DNA of 64,000 bases from an uncultured Candidatus Saccharibacteria bacterium (GTDB lineage Bacteria > Patescibacteriota > Doudnabacteria > UBA920): the NCBI GenBank assembly GCA_964631145.1, contig CAZVXT010000002.1, positions 1,140 through 65,139 on the forward strand. The letters are read 5' to 3'. This document shows positions 17,596-27,419 of the stretch, piece by piece. The notes under the pieces are model-generated. The model did not search any database. It had not been told where the DNA came from and saw nothing but the letters and a program-made list of their open reading frames with translations. A program made the translations under genes and the position numbers. How positions within the stretch are numbered: position 1 is the first letter of the stretch; each line of letters starts with the position of its first letter.

Positions 17596-17714
17596 AGGTT
17601 TACATTTTTCGATAACTACTTCGTTGTAAATTCCGTTCCTCGTTCGACGTAGTTATTACTACGTCTCACTCAGTACTCATTTACGCCTCGTATTTATTCG
17701 AAAAATGTAAACCT
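17596..17714. repeat. Long intergenic palindromic element
   Basis: 17-bp perfect terminal inverted repeat AGGTTTACATTTTTCGA, apical GACGTAGT/ACTACGTC hairpin, purine-rich internal loops on the minus strand. Confidence 0.75.
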
Positions 17715-17816
17715 TAATGTATGCCTCAAACTATACAGTTTCATATAGAGAAAATTAATCAGAAATTATTTTTCATAAAGAGAAGTAAGATCAATAATTA
17801 GAAGACTATTAATAAA

Positions 17817-18851
17817 ATGCCAATTTCAAAAACAGATCAGAGAGTAAATATAAATGACCGCCGTATTATTAACGGTACTGATGCTGATGTAATTCAGCTA
17901 TATCCAATGAAGCATAAGTTTGCTTGGGAAGCATATAATGCGGGCAATGCTAACCATTGGTTGCCTACAGAAATTAGTATGCAAAAAGATATCGAGCAAT
18001 GGAAGTCTTCCGCAGTTCTTAGCGACGAAGAGCGCCGTGCCTTCGAAACAGTGCTTGGATTTTTTACCACAGCCGATTCTATCGCTGCGAATAATATTGT
18101 GATGGCAACATACAAGCACATCACTTCTCCAGAATGTCGCATGTATTTGCTGCGTCAGGCTTATGAGGAAGCCATTCATACTCATGCATATCAATATATT
18201 GTAGAGAGCTTAGCTTTGGATGAAGGAAAGATTTTTAATATGTATCGCGAAGTGGGGGCTATTTATGATAAAGCTTCTTTCGTTTTGACTTTTAATGAAG
18301 GTATTTTTGATCCAAATTTTAAAACAGGAACTCTTCAATCTGATCAAAAGTTCTTAGAAAACATTGTTGTCTTTTCTTTAATTATGGAAGGTATTTTCTT
18401 CTATAGCGCATTTGCTGTTATGTTTGGATTCCAACGTCAAAACAAAATGGTAGGTAGTGCAGAGCAAATCCAATACATCATGCGTGACGAATCTCAGCAT
18501 CTTAACTTTGGTATCAATTTGATTAATACAATCAAAGAAGAACAACCAGAAGTGTGGACTCCAGAGTTTCAGCAACACATCATTAACTTGGTTAAAGAAG
18601 CTGCTGTTATGGAATATACTTTTGCTCAAACTGTTTTCCCTAAAGGTATTTTTGGTATGAATGCTGAAGGTTTTAAGCAGTACATTGAACATATTGCAGA
18701 CCGTCGTTTAAATAGCATTGGCTTGTCAAGTCAATTTAATGTTCAAAATCCTTTCCCATGGATGAGCGAAGCTGTGGATCTTAACAAAGAAAAGAACTTC
18801 TTCGAAACTCGCGTTACCGAATACCAAACCGGCGGTACTTTAGATTGGTAA
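17817..18851 (+). CDS. nrdB: Class Ia ribonucleotide reductase beta subunit
   Basis: FFTTADS, EEAIHTHAY (radical Tyr present), MEGIFF, RDESQH, NFFETRVTEY. Confidence 0.97.
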   Translation: MPISKTDQRVNINDRRIINGTDADVIQLYPMKHKFAWEAYNAGNANHWLPTEISMQKDIEQWKSSAVLSDEERRAFETVLGFFTTADSIAANNIVMATYKHITSPECRMYLLRQAYEEAIHTHAYQYIVESLALDEGKIFNMYREVGAIYDKASFVLTFNEGIFDPNFKTGTLQSDQKFLENIVVFSLIMEGIFFYSAFAVMFGFQRQNKMVGSAEQIQYIMRDESQHLNFGINLINTIKEEQPEVWTPEFQQHIINLVKEAAVMEYTFAQTVFPKGIFGMNAEGFKQYIEHIADRRLNSIGLSSQFNVQNPFPWMSEAVDLNKEKNFFETRVTEYQTGGTLDW

Positions 18852-18866
18852 TATCCAGCTTAAACT

Positions 18867-18893
18867 AACCCCTAGATTTTTCTAGGGGTTTTT
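18867..18893 (+). terminator. Terminator of the nrd operon
   Basis: AACCCCTAGA-TTTT-TCTAGGGGTT followed by TTT. Confidence 0.8.
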
Positions 18894-18939
18894 AGTATAA
18901 TTGATAGGCTTTAGAGTTTAGCAATAAGGAGGTCTTATT

Positions 18940-19017
18940 ATGAAAATATTACAAAAATTTTGGGATTTGATTAATCCTTTAAACTGGTGCCCATTTAACT
19001 GGCGAAATATTTTTTAA
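18940..19017 (+). CDS. Small ORF, 25 aa (MKILQKFWDLINPLNWCPFNWRNIF)
   Basis: TAAGGAGGT SD 6 nt before ATG; TATAAT at 18896-18901. Confidence 0.55.
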   Translation: MKILQKFWDLINPLNWCPFNWRNIF

Positions 19018-19036
19018 CAATAAAAAAGCGTTGACC

Positions 19037-19783
19037 TTACGGCAACGCTTTTATTTTTTGCAGTGAACCATTCTTTGATAGTAAACTTTTAATTTCCGGG
19101 TGTTTATTGAGATATTTTTTTAAAGATAAAGGAATAATATTTACCTGGTCAATTACTTTAAGATTAGGAAAGCGCGAGCTAATATATTTATTGAGGATTG
19201 AGTAGTGTGTGCAACCTAAGATTATTGATTTAATTTTCTTATCTATATTTTTTTGTATAATACTTAAGGCTTGCTGGTTCGCAAGCTTTTTATTTTTAAA
19301 TTCTATTATTGCAGCTAAATCAGGCATTGCTTGTTGTATTAAATTTACATCTCCCAGTTTTTTTTGGAGCTCAATTTGGTAAACATTGCTGCGAACCGTG
19401 CTTGGTGTTGCAAGTAATAGACAAGGGAAGTCATGTTGTGTAATATTTTCTATAGTCGGTACTATCACTCCTAATACCTTTTTATCAGGATGGTATTTTG
19501 GTAGCCATTGTTGCTGGACATACCTTAGTGCTTTAGCTGATGCGGTATTGCAGGCTATGATAACTAGTTGGCATTTATGCTGAAATAATATTTCTAAGTT
19601 ATTGATTACAATCCTTCGCAATTGTGTCTGGGTTTTATCACCGTATGGCAAATTTTTTGTATCTGATAAAAAACAGTAAGAATATTGAGGTAAAATCTTT
19701 CTTACTGCCTTTAAAATTTGCAAACCTCCTTTGCCAGAATCAAAGAATCCAATATTGTATTTATTGCTTTGCATTTTATTCAA
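19037..19783 (-). CDS. murI: Glutamate racemase
   Basis: FFDSGKGG, PYGDK, IACNTAS and LGCTHY motifs. Confidence 0.95.
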   Translation of the reverse strand: MNKMQSNKYNIGFFDSGKGGLQILKAVRKILPQYSYCFLSDTKNLPYGDKTQTQLRRIVINNLEILFQHKCQLVIIACNTASAKALRYVQQQWLPKYHPDKKVLGVIVPTIENITQHDFPCLLLATPSTVRSNVYQIELQKKLGDVNLIQQAMPDLAAIIEFKNKKLANQQALSIIQKNIDKKIKSIILGCTHYSILNKYISSRFPNLKVIDQVNIIPLSLKKYLNKHPEIKSLLSKNGSLQKIKALP

Positions 19784-20252
19784 ACAATTTATCCAAATCT
19801 TTGGTGTGATTAATGTCTGTAGTTTTAATCAATCTAATAAAGTAATGCTTGGCAAGCTGATTAAGTTCGTTTTCTATGTCTGGAGCAAGAGTGTAAGGGG
19901 AGATCCAGATGCTATTCTGCCACTTTTTAAACCCTAATGATACCAGTTTGGCACGGAGTACGGTTCGTACTTGGCGCTGAGCTTCTGGTATGTCAAAAAT
20001 TACTAGTTTCCATACACCATCTCGTTCTTTGGCAATAGTATGCAGCACTATTTCTGCTTCTTCTCCCAAACTGTAACGATCGTTATTAAATTCTGTAAAT
20101 CCAATACTGTTTAGTCTAAACAAAGTATCGTAAACTTGTTTTTTGCTGTAATCGGGTGTGAAAATTTTGTAAAGCTGGTGCAGCATTTGCGGACCATGCT
20201 GTTTTATATACATTAAAATTTTTTGAGATAGCTCTGAAAGTGGTCGAGACAT
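19776..20252 (-). CDS. PaaX-like regulator (wHTH plus Cas2-like ferredoxin fold)
   Basis: DGVWKLVIFDIPE...R..L..LGFKKWQNSIWISPY. Confidence 0.8.
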   Translation of the reverse strand: MSRPLSELSQKILMYIKQHGPQMLHQLYKIFTPDYSKKQVYDTLFRLNSIGFTEFNNDRYSLGEEAEIVLHTIAKERDGVWKLVIFDIPEAQRQVRTVLRAKLVSLGFKKWQNSIWISPYTLAPDIENELNQLAKHYFIRLIKTTDINHTKDLDKLFE

Positions 20253-20366
20253 AATATAAATTTAACTATTTGTATATTAACCATTCTATTTTTTTGGCGC
20301 AACTCTTTTTTTAAAGAAATCCACTATTCATTTGTGGTATAATTTATTAGAAAGTTAGTAGTAATT

Positions 20367-21179
20367 ATGGCAACTTCTAATACACTTATAATAAAATTTC
20401 CACATCGAATATCTTTGTCTCATGCTTCCAAGCTAACAGGCTATCATCAAGACTATTTAGGTCAACTTTGTCGTGTTGGTAGGATCAAAGCTACAAAAAT
20501 TGGAAGAAATTGGTACACTACCCAAGCTGAACTTCAAAACTTAGTTAGTCCTCAAGATTTTGATGTCTCTCAATTTGGCACAGAAGTCGAAATAGAAAAA
20601 CCAATTTATAGCATAGATGGAATTAAACAAAAAATAGAACCAGAACCAGAACAGTCAGTGTCTGCCGTTAGTAAGGTAGTTATTAAACCTATTGCTACAA
20701 CACAAACAGATCGAAAGCAACATCATTTACAAAGCCTTGTTAACAGAATTAAACTGGATCAATTGCAAGAGCGTATTGAGAGGATCGAAGGCGCTGTTGA
20801 GAAGCTAGAGAATGTTGTAAGTAAGCAAGACCAAACTTTGTCAGAACTTGGAACTAAGCACTTTGTTCCTTTACAACATCGATACTCTCCAAATCTAGAG
20901 ATTTTTATAAAAGATAGTCAAGGTATTAACGAGATGCTTATGCCTAAAAACCAGAATAAGATAATTGATCAAGATGAACATGATACTTGGTCTTTGCTAG
21001 ACTGGTTAAAATTTGTAGCTACTGCAGGATTTGCAGCAGTGGTGATGATTCTAATAATTTCTAGTATTACACACACAAGCAATCAGACATCAACTGCAAT
21101 ATATCAGAACCATAATATACTTTCAGGTAGTGTGGCTGGTGTGGTAGATGACTTGCAGGGCGGCATACAAAATAAGTAG
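20367..21179 (+). CDS. HTH-domain protein with coiled coil and C-terminal TM
   Basis: ISLSHASKLTGYHQDYLGQLCRVGRIKATKIGRNWY; hydrophobic segment near the C-terminus. Confidence 0.75.
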   Translation: MATSNTLIIKFPHRISLSHASKLTGYHQDYLGQLCRVGRIKATKIGRNWYTTQAELQNLVSPQDFDVSQFGTEVEIEKPIYSIDGIKQKIEPEPEQSVSAVSKVVIKPIATTQTDRKQHHLQSLVNRIKLDQLQERIERIEGAVEKLENVVSKQDQTLSELGTKHFVPLQHRYSPNLEIFIKDSQGINEMLMPKNQNKIIDQDEHDTWSLLDWLKFVATAGFAAVVMILIISSITHTSNQTSTAIYQNHNILSGSVAGVVDDLQGGIQNK

Positions 21180-21274
21180 GTTGTGGGTAATGTTGATGTT
21201 TTTTACAAACTTAGTGCTATAATTAATATATACGTAAAATAAAAACTAATATTTTATAAGAAAGGATTTTTTTA

Positions 21275-21856
21275 ATGTCAGGAGACATGAATAACAAACC
21301 TTTGACAGGCGATATGCCAAGTCAAATGCATAAATATGGTAATCGCAGTAACTTACCTTGGGTAATACTCGCAGTTATTATATTATTAGTCATCGTAGGA
21401 GCTGTGTTGTTTAGAGATAGATTATTCCCTAAATCAGAAATGATGGGTCAAAACTCTAAACAAGAAGAGAAGAGTTCTGGATACCAAGCTGTATTCTTAA
21501 CAAATGGACAAGTTTACTTCGGTAAATTATCTGATATGAGCGCTAGCTATGCAACCTTAAAAGATATCTATTACCTACAAGTTACTCAACCACCTCTACA
21601 AGGTTCTCAGAACGGACAACAACAGCAACAACAAAACCAATTAGCATTAGTTAAACTTGGTAATGAGTTGCATGGTCCAGTTGATACAATGAAGATTAAC
21701 AGAGATCAAATCTTGTTCTTCGAAGATATCAAAGAAGATGGTAGAGTTGTACAAGCAATTCGTGAATATCAAAAGAATCCACCACCTGCTAACAACAACC
21801 AAACTCAACAACAATCTACAACCCCAGCTACACAAACACCTACTGGAACTAAATAA
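21275..21856 (+). CDS. Conserved CPR-type membrane-anchored hypothetical protein
   Basis: TM helix plus YQAVFLTNGQVYFGKL...LVKLGNELHGP. Confidence 0.75.
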   Translation: MSGDMNNKPLTGDMPSQMHKYGNRSNLPWVILAVIILLVIVGAVLFRDRLFPKSEMMGQNSKQEEKSSGYQAVFLTNGQVYFGKLSDMSASYATLKDIYYLQVTQPPLQGSQNGQQQQQQNQLALVKLGNELHGPVDTMKINRDQILFFEDIKEDGRVVQAIREYQKNPPPANNNQTQQQSTTPATQTPTGTK

Positions 21857-21941
21857 TCAATTTAACCCCTTCATAGAAGGGGTTTTGATTTAATTAAGAT
21901 AACTTATAAAATAAAAATCTCCGCATAAGCGGAGTTTTTTA

Positions 21942-22292
21942 TTATGCTGCTGCAACTTCTTTAACCATCTTATCAAATGCTTTTGGCATTCTGATTGCAA
22001 GTTCTGATAACATTTTTTTGTTAACAGTAATGCCTTGCTTTTTAAGGCGGTAAGAGAATTTGCTCCAGGTTGTATCGTTTTCACGAAGAGCTGCACCTAG
22101 TCTTAGTAACCATAATGCACGCATATCGCGTTTCTTAGTGCGACGATCTCTGTAAGAGTAAGAGTCAGCTTTTAAAAGAGCTTGTCTTGCTGATGCAAAG
22201 TTTGTAGAACGGCGGTTATCAAAACCTTTAGCTCTTTTTATAAGATTTTTACGGCGTTTGTGTGCTGCAACGCCACGTTTAATTCTTGTCAT
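21942..22292 (-). CDS. rplT: 50S ribosomal protein L20
   Basis: MTRIKRG...YSYRDRR..KRDMRALW. Confidence 0.97.
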   Translation of the reverse strand: MTRIKRGVAAHKRRKNLIKRAKGFDNRRSTNFASARQALLKADSYSYRDRRTKKRDMRALWLLRLGAALRENDTTWSKFSYRLKKQGITVNKKMLSELAIRMPKAFDKMVKEVAAA

Positions 22293-22295
22293 AGA

Positions 22296-22490
22296 TTATT
22301 TGTGAACAATTAAAGAGTTAATTCGACTGTTGTCTGTGCTTAGTGAAGTGTCACGGCGTTTGTTGGTTGTTACTTTGCCAGTTTCGCGAGAGTTGAAATG
22401 ATCTTGACCACTAACTCTGTGCATGACTTTTCCAGAAGCTGTTTTTCGGAAGCGCTTTGCAGTTCCTTGATGGGTTTTTGCTTTCGGCAT
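22296..22490 (-). CDS. rpmI: 50S ribosomal protein L35
   Basis: MPKAKTHQGTAKRFRKTASGK; lies between infC and rplT. Confidence 0.96.
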   Translation of the reverse strand: MPKAKTHQGTAKRFRKTASGKVMHRVSGQDHFNSRETGKVTTNKRRDTSLSTDNSRINSLIVHK

Positions 22491-22526
22491 ATTTATAAAA
22501 TTATTTTGTGAAATTAAAGTTATTTA

Positions 22527-23033
22527 CTACTTTGTAGGTGCAATGGTCATGCTTAGTGTGTTACCAGCTTTCTTTTTTTCAACTTCAACTCTATAGGGGA
22601 CAGTTAAAGCTGTAATAAAGGTTTCAAGCTGTTTTTCTGCAACACTGATAAATGCTTGTTCTCGACCACGCATGCGTAATTCTAGTTTTACCCAGTCTCC
22701 ATCGCTTAAAAATTCATCTGCCTTTTTGGATTTATTTTGAATATCTCCTAAAGCAATCTTTGTACTTAAGCGAATGGTTTTGACTTCAACTTTTTTGACC
22801 TTCTTTTTTTGCTGTTGTTCTAGCTTTTTCTGTTGATATTTAAATTTATCAAAGGCCATAAGTTTTACTACTGGAGGCTTTGCATTAGGGGAAATTTCTA
22901 TTAAATCTAGACCATGTTCTTCCGCAAGTGCGAGAGCTTTGTCTATAGAAATAATGCCTAATTGCTCACCTTCGTCATTTAATAGACGAACTTCCGGAGC
23001 AGTAATTTGTTTATTTATTCTTGTTTTAAACAA
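22527..23033 (-). CDS. infC: Translation initiation factor IF-3 (non-AUG start)
   Basis: RINKQITAPEVRL, LDLIEISPNAKPPVVK, RGRE; no in-frame ATG near the start, TTG used. Confidence 0.96.
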   Translation of the reverse strand: MFKTRINKQITAPEVRLLNDEGEQLGIISIDKALALAEEHGLDLIEISPNAKPPVVKLMAFDKFKYQQKKLEQQQKKKVKKVEVKTIRLSTKIALGDIQNKSKKADEFLSDGDWVKLELRMRGREQAFISVAEKQLETFITALTVPYRVEVEKKKAGNTLSMTIAPTK

Positions 23034-23156
23034 TTTTTTGGGTAATTAATAACCATTAACTACGCTAAATTATAACTTTTATTAACAATTTTGTCAAAAC
23101 CTGTTTTTATGAGATAATTATTATAAAGATTCTGCAGTATTGTCTATAAAATATTT

Positions 23157-24563
23157 ATGTCGTTAGGCAATGCTCTCATTGATTATAGAAACAAAATGCA
23201 AAAAAAACCACTAGTTACTAAAATTGCTGAAGCGCCAGCAAGGGCTTTGGAAAATGCTGTTTTATCTAGCGAAAAAGCTTTATCAACCATTAACCGACCT
23301 TTTAAGCAGGTTGAAGGATTTTGGTATGCCCTCGGACCAGGATTAATTACTGGTGCTTCTGACGACGATCCAAGTGGTGTTGCTACTTATTCTCAGACAG
23401 GTGCAAAATACGGACTGTCTTTGTTATGGTTAGCTCCTTTAACATTTCCTTTGATGAGTGTGATTCAAGAAATGTGCGCCCGAATTGGTATGGCAACCGG
23501 TAGAGGGCTTGCAGCCAATATTAGGTTAAAATATTCAGCAAAGATTTTATATGTTTTAGCGGCAATGTTGTTTTTTACTAACACTTTCAATTTGGCTGCA
23601 GATATGGGAGCAATGGCAGAGGCAACAAAATTGATGTTTCCTTCTACTAATACAGTTGTAACGCTAGTTGTTTTTGCGATAGTAAGTTTGGGTTTGCAGA
23701 TTTTTGTTTCTTACTCTGGTTACGCTAAGGTATTGAAGTACTTAACTTTTGTTTTGCTTCTATATATTGCTACGGCACTTACTTTGCCAAATTTATCTTG
23801 GGCAAATATTTTTCACCAAACAATTTGGCCAAATATTACATGGAGTAAAGATTTGTTTATTATGATATGTGCTATTTTGGGTACAACTATATCTCCATAT
23901 TTGTTTTTCTGGCAGACTTCACAAGAAGTAGAGGAGCGTAAACAGCAAGGACACTTAAACCTTAAATTGCGTCATCAATCCTTAAAAAAAGAAGAAGTAA
24001 GTAGAATGCGCTTCGATGTTGTAGCTGGGATGTTTTTTTCAAATTTGGTCATGTACTTTATTATTGTTACTTGCGCCTCGGTATTATTTCCACAAGGTAT
24101 AGTAGTAGAAAGTGCTGCACAAGCTGCAGAAGCATTAAGACCATTAGCTGGAAATGAAGCTTATACCTTGTTTGCTTTAGGTATTATCGGAACTGGATTA
24201 TTAGCTGTACCTGTTTTATCTGGAAGCGCTGCATATGCACTAGCGGAAAGTTTTAAATGGTCCTCAGGTTTTAGTAAAGGACTTAAGCATGCGTATGCTT
24301 TTTATGGCGTGATTATAATTGCCATGCTGTTAGGGTTGTTATTTAATCTGTTTGGATTTAATCCAATAAAGATGTTAATTTACTCTGCAGTTTTAAATGG
24401 TATATTGGCTCCGGTAATAATTTATTTTTTGGTCAAAATTTCTGCTGATAAAGAGATTATGGGAAAATGGGTAAATGGTAAATTTGCCAACATTGTCGGA
24501 TCTTTAGTTTTTGTCTTAATGTCTCTTGCAGCAGTTGCTGCTATTTACTCAATTTTTATATAA
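23157..24563 (+). CDS. Nramp-family divalent metal transporter
   Basis: GPGLITGASDDDPSG and LGTTISPYLFFWQ motifs; multiple TMs. Confidence 0.9.
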   Translation: MSLGNALIDYRNKMQKKPLVTKIAEAPARALENAVLSSEKALSTINRPFKQVEGFWYALGPGLITGASDDDPSGVATYSQTGAKYGLSLLWLAPLTFPLMSVIQEMCARIGMATGRGLAANIRLKYSAKILYVLAAMLFFTNTFNLAADMGAMAEATKLMFPSTNTVVTLVVFAIVSLGLQIFVSYSGYAKVLKYLTFVLLLYIATALTLPNLSWANIFHQTIWPNITWSKDLFIMICAILGTTISPYLFFWQTSQEVEERKQQGHLNLKLRHQSLKKEEVSRMRFDVVAGMFFSNLVMYFIIVTCASVLFPQGIVVESAAQAAEALRPLAGNEAYTLFALGIIGTGLLAVPVLSGSAAYALAESFKWSSGFSKGLKHAYAFYGVIIIAMLLGLLFNLFGFNPIKMLIYSAVLNGILAPVIIYFLVKISADKEIMGKWVNGKFANIVGSLVFVLMSLAAVAAIYSIFI

Positions 24564-24598
24564 AATAAAACAACCTAATTAGGTTGTTTGTAATTATA

Positions 24599-24889
24599 TT
24601 ATTGAAGTTCACCAACATAATACTTTTCTTGTTCTTTCCAGCAAAGCACTGCCGATTCTTGAGTATTACCTTGTCTAGGAACTTTCCATTCTTTGCCCTC
24701 CGACGCATATTGTCTGCTGTCATCTACACGGCAATTGTATAAAAGTTCGCCGTTTACATCTACTAAAGTATAATACTTCCCGACATAAGCTCCGCCAGGG
24801 AATCCTTCGTTGTAAGGAAATCCTGACATATCTCTTTTTCTAGTTAAGCATCGTAAATCCCAATTAGGACTTTTTTGTAATTCTGCCAT
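24599..24889 (-). CDS. Hypothetical protein
   Basis: 96-aa ORF preceded by GGAG. Confidence 0.65.
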   Translation of the reverse strand: MAELQKSPNWDLRCLTRKRDMSGFPYNEGFPGGAYVGKYYTLVDVNGELLYNCRVDDSRQYASEGKEWKVPRQGNTQESAVLCWKEQEKYYVGELQ

Positions 24890-24924
24890 AATGCTCCATT
24901 TGAAAAATGTTTAACCTTGATTTT

Positions 24925-25233
24925 TTAGTTATTTTTTAGGTAATAGGCACTGAATATTGCCAATCCATAGTAAGCAATGCCAAAAATTATAAATAGTGTT
25001 ATTAAATAAGAGGGCAATTCATAATATGTATTATAATAATATCCGGCAATTGCAACTGCGAATGCAATTGCTTCTATTACTATTCTTAAGGTGTTTTTTA
25101 TTTTTCCAGTAACGGCTAGTGTGCTTAATGTTATTAAGCTTATCGTAGCTAAATAATAGTTTAAGCTATAAATAGCCAAAAGTAATCCCATTACTCTAAA
25201 TAATACTACAGCAGTTGATGTAAATATTCTCAT
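24925..25233 (-). CDS. Hypothetical membrane protein
   Basis: Hydrophobic 102-aa ORF; GGAGG SD; TTGACT-17-TAGGAT upstream. Confidence 0.7.
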   Translation of the reverse strand: MRIFTSTAVVLFRVMGLLLAIYSLNYYLATISLITLSTLAVTGKIKNTLRIVIEAIAFAVAIAGYYYNTYYELPSYLITLFIIFGIAYYGLAIFSAYYLKNN

Positions 25234-25447
25234 ATTTCCTCCATATTTTTAAAGACTTATTCAAATCCAAATATTCTTTGGATTTAATATCCTAACATTA
25301 TTTGACTAAAAAGTCAATGCTATTTATTTGGCATATTTTATTTTAATACCCTTGACAAATAGCTTAAAAAAACTTATTTTAATAAATCTGGAAGATTTGC
25401 TGAAAGGCAATTATTTTAGCAGATAAAAATAAATTTAGGAGGAAGTT

Positions 25448-26536
25448 ATGGAAACACATAAATCATTAGTATTGTCTATATATAATTCTATATTTGGCAA
25501 TGACAAAATTGAGGAAGACGACAAGGTTTGGAAAGAGTGGTCGGAGTTGCATGGTGAATATCATGATCTGTTAGATTTGATGAAAGCCGATGTGCGCGAT
25601 CAATTTAAGGCTCGTGCAGTATCCATATTATTGGCACCGGATTTAAATTATTTACCATTTAAATGGAAGGAAAAAATTTTTCGCGCTTCATCAAAAAACT
25701 ATTTATCTTTAATAGGTAAAATCCCGCTTGAGTTATTTTCAAGTGACTTATTGAGCTTTGCGACCCAATTATTATATGAAAATATTGGTTTTGTTAGAAA
25801 GCTTCCAGATGGAGAAACTAAAGATAAATTGTTATTTTACTATAACAGCTATATTATTTCTTTTCTTGGAGCAATTAAAGAACCTAATCCATATATTGGA
25901 GTTTTATTTGAATATTTTCAGATTAATGATATTTACCCATTTTGTGGGATGGATGATTCTTCTGGTTACAATCCGTTTGCCGATTTGTTAAGAGTTGAGA
26001 ATGTGTCAGAAAACTGGAAGAAGCTTGCTGACAAAAAGATGCGTGATGTTATTATGTCCGAAATTAATGCTGGTTGCGAACCTCGTGCAGATTGGGAAGT
26101 GGCATTAGATTGCTATGCTGATATAATTCAGCTTATGCTGCATTCTGATCATTATCCCTATAGTGACGCATTGTTTGCATCTCAGATCGAATTTATTTTG
26201 AGCTTGCCACAGATAGATGATCGAAAATTGTTTAACGAGTGGCATATTGAAAAAATTCTAAAACGTTTGGATGGAGAAGATAATAAGCAGCTTCGCCATC
26301 GTTTTGCAAGACATGTGGTTTTGGGAAAAAGCCCTGATAGTAATAGGTTTCCTGTATATAGCCCAGAAACCAAAGCTGCTGCTGAGCACATACTTGAAGA
26401 ATTTAAAGATGATGCCGAGCTTATAGCTATTTTGCAGCCTATATATAATGAAGGCTTAGAAAATATTCGCCAGAGTAATCTAAATCAAAAAAAGACCGCA
26501 GCAAAGAATGCTGCTGCCTTATCTAATATGAAATAA
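25448..26536 (+). CDS. Hypothetical protein
   Basis: 362-aa ORF; AGGAGG SD, TTGACA upstream, GCCGCAG/CTGCGGC terminator downstream. Confidence 0.75.
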   Translation: METHKSLVLSIYNSIFGNDKIEEDDKVWKEWSELHGEYHDLLDLMKADVRDQFKARAVSILLAPDLNYLPFKWKEKIFRASSKNYLSLIGKIPLELFSSDLLSFATQLLYENIGFVRKLPDGETKDKLLFYYNSYIISFLGAIKEPNPYIGVLFEYFQINDIYPFCGMDDSSGYNPFADLLRVENVSENWKKLADKKMRDVIMSEINAGCEPRADWEVALDCYADIIQLMLHSDHYPYSDALFASQIEFILSLPQIDDRKLFNEWHIEKILKRLDGEDNKQLRHRFARHVVLGKSPDSNRFPVYSPETKAAAEHILEEFKDDAELIAILQPIYNEGLENIRQSNLNQKKTAAKNAAALSNMK

Positions 26537-26649
26537 CGATTTATATAATCAAAAATAACAGCCGCAGATTGCTATCATTAGCAACTGCGGCTTTTTATTA
26601 TTCAAAAAACTATTAAGTCTTTATAATAATTTAAGTGGACATAATGTTA

Positions 26650-27138
26650 TTATGGTTCATCAGTCCAAATTACACCTACGCCAAATAAAACAATAGATAA
26701 TATACCCCAATAGAATACAATGGCGTTATGAGGGTAAACACTTATTCCTTGAGGCGCTGTAACTGATGAGGAATTATCAAGTAGTGTTTCTCTCAGCTTC
26801 ATTAAGACATTACTTTTTTCAAGTTGTGTTGCCTCTGGTTTAACTTGCTTTAATTCTTCTAAGGCTGATTTTAAATTGCTATACCAAAAACTAACATCTT
26901 CATCAGGTGCTTGCCACAAAACAGAAGTGTAGCCGCTAGTCATTTGTTCCTTTTCGATATAAGAAATAGCGGTCTCCATTTCTTTTGTCGCAATTTCTAC
27001 GGTGTTAGCATCACCGGCACGTTTAAGATACCCTTCACAATTACGATCAAAGACAAAATATGTTTGAATCCTGTATCCCGTCCATGCTAAGAATTACAAA
27101 AGCATTACTATTGTAAAAACTATAGCTTTAATATTCAT
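26650..27138 (-). pseudogene. Membrane protein gene interrupted by one in-frame TAA
   Basis: GGAGG-led ATG 27138, MNIKAIVFTIVMLL*FLAWTGY...CEGYLKRAGDANTVEIA continues in frame into ORF 26650-26979; stop at 27094-27096. Confidence 0.7.
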
Positions 27139-27419
27139 TATAATATTTCCTCCATTTTTAGAATACCAGCTTATGTTGACTAATGATATTAGTACATTTA
27201 CCTTAATACGTCAAGCATCGTTTAAATTAAAAGACCCAGCATTATACTTGCCAGGTCTTTGGTAAAAATTCAATCATCGTCTTTACTGCCGAAATGAGAA
27301 GTAGTCATTTTAATTATTTAATTTTTTATATATAAAGCCTTTACAAATATATTTATTTTATTTATAATTTATTTCAGAGTGCTTTTTACTCTAAAAATAC
27401 AAAATTTTAAGGAGATTTT

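Noticed and set aside
17817-18851. Possible class Ic (Mn/Fe) RNR beta subunit
   Set aside because: The radical Tyr (EEAIHTHAY) and first-ligand Asp are both present, indicating class Ia.
19776-20252. Cas2-like domain suggesting CRISPR-Cas
   Set aside because: No repeat-spacer array or other cas genes seen; wHTH plus this fold fits the PaaX-like family.
21600-21856. CAA-rich poly-Gln tracts as phase-variable repeats
   Set aside because: Mixed codons and in-frame triplets; an ordinary low-complexity linker.
26650-27138. Stop-codon reassignment as the cause of the in-frame TAA
   Set aside because: TAA, TAG and TGA all end conserved genes here and long ORFs are intact in code 11.
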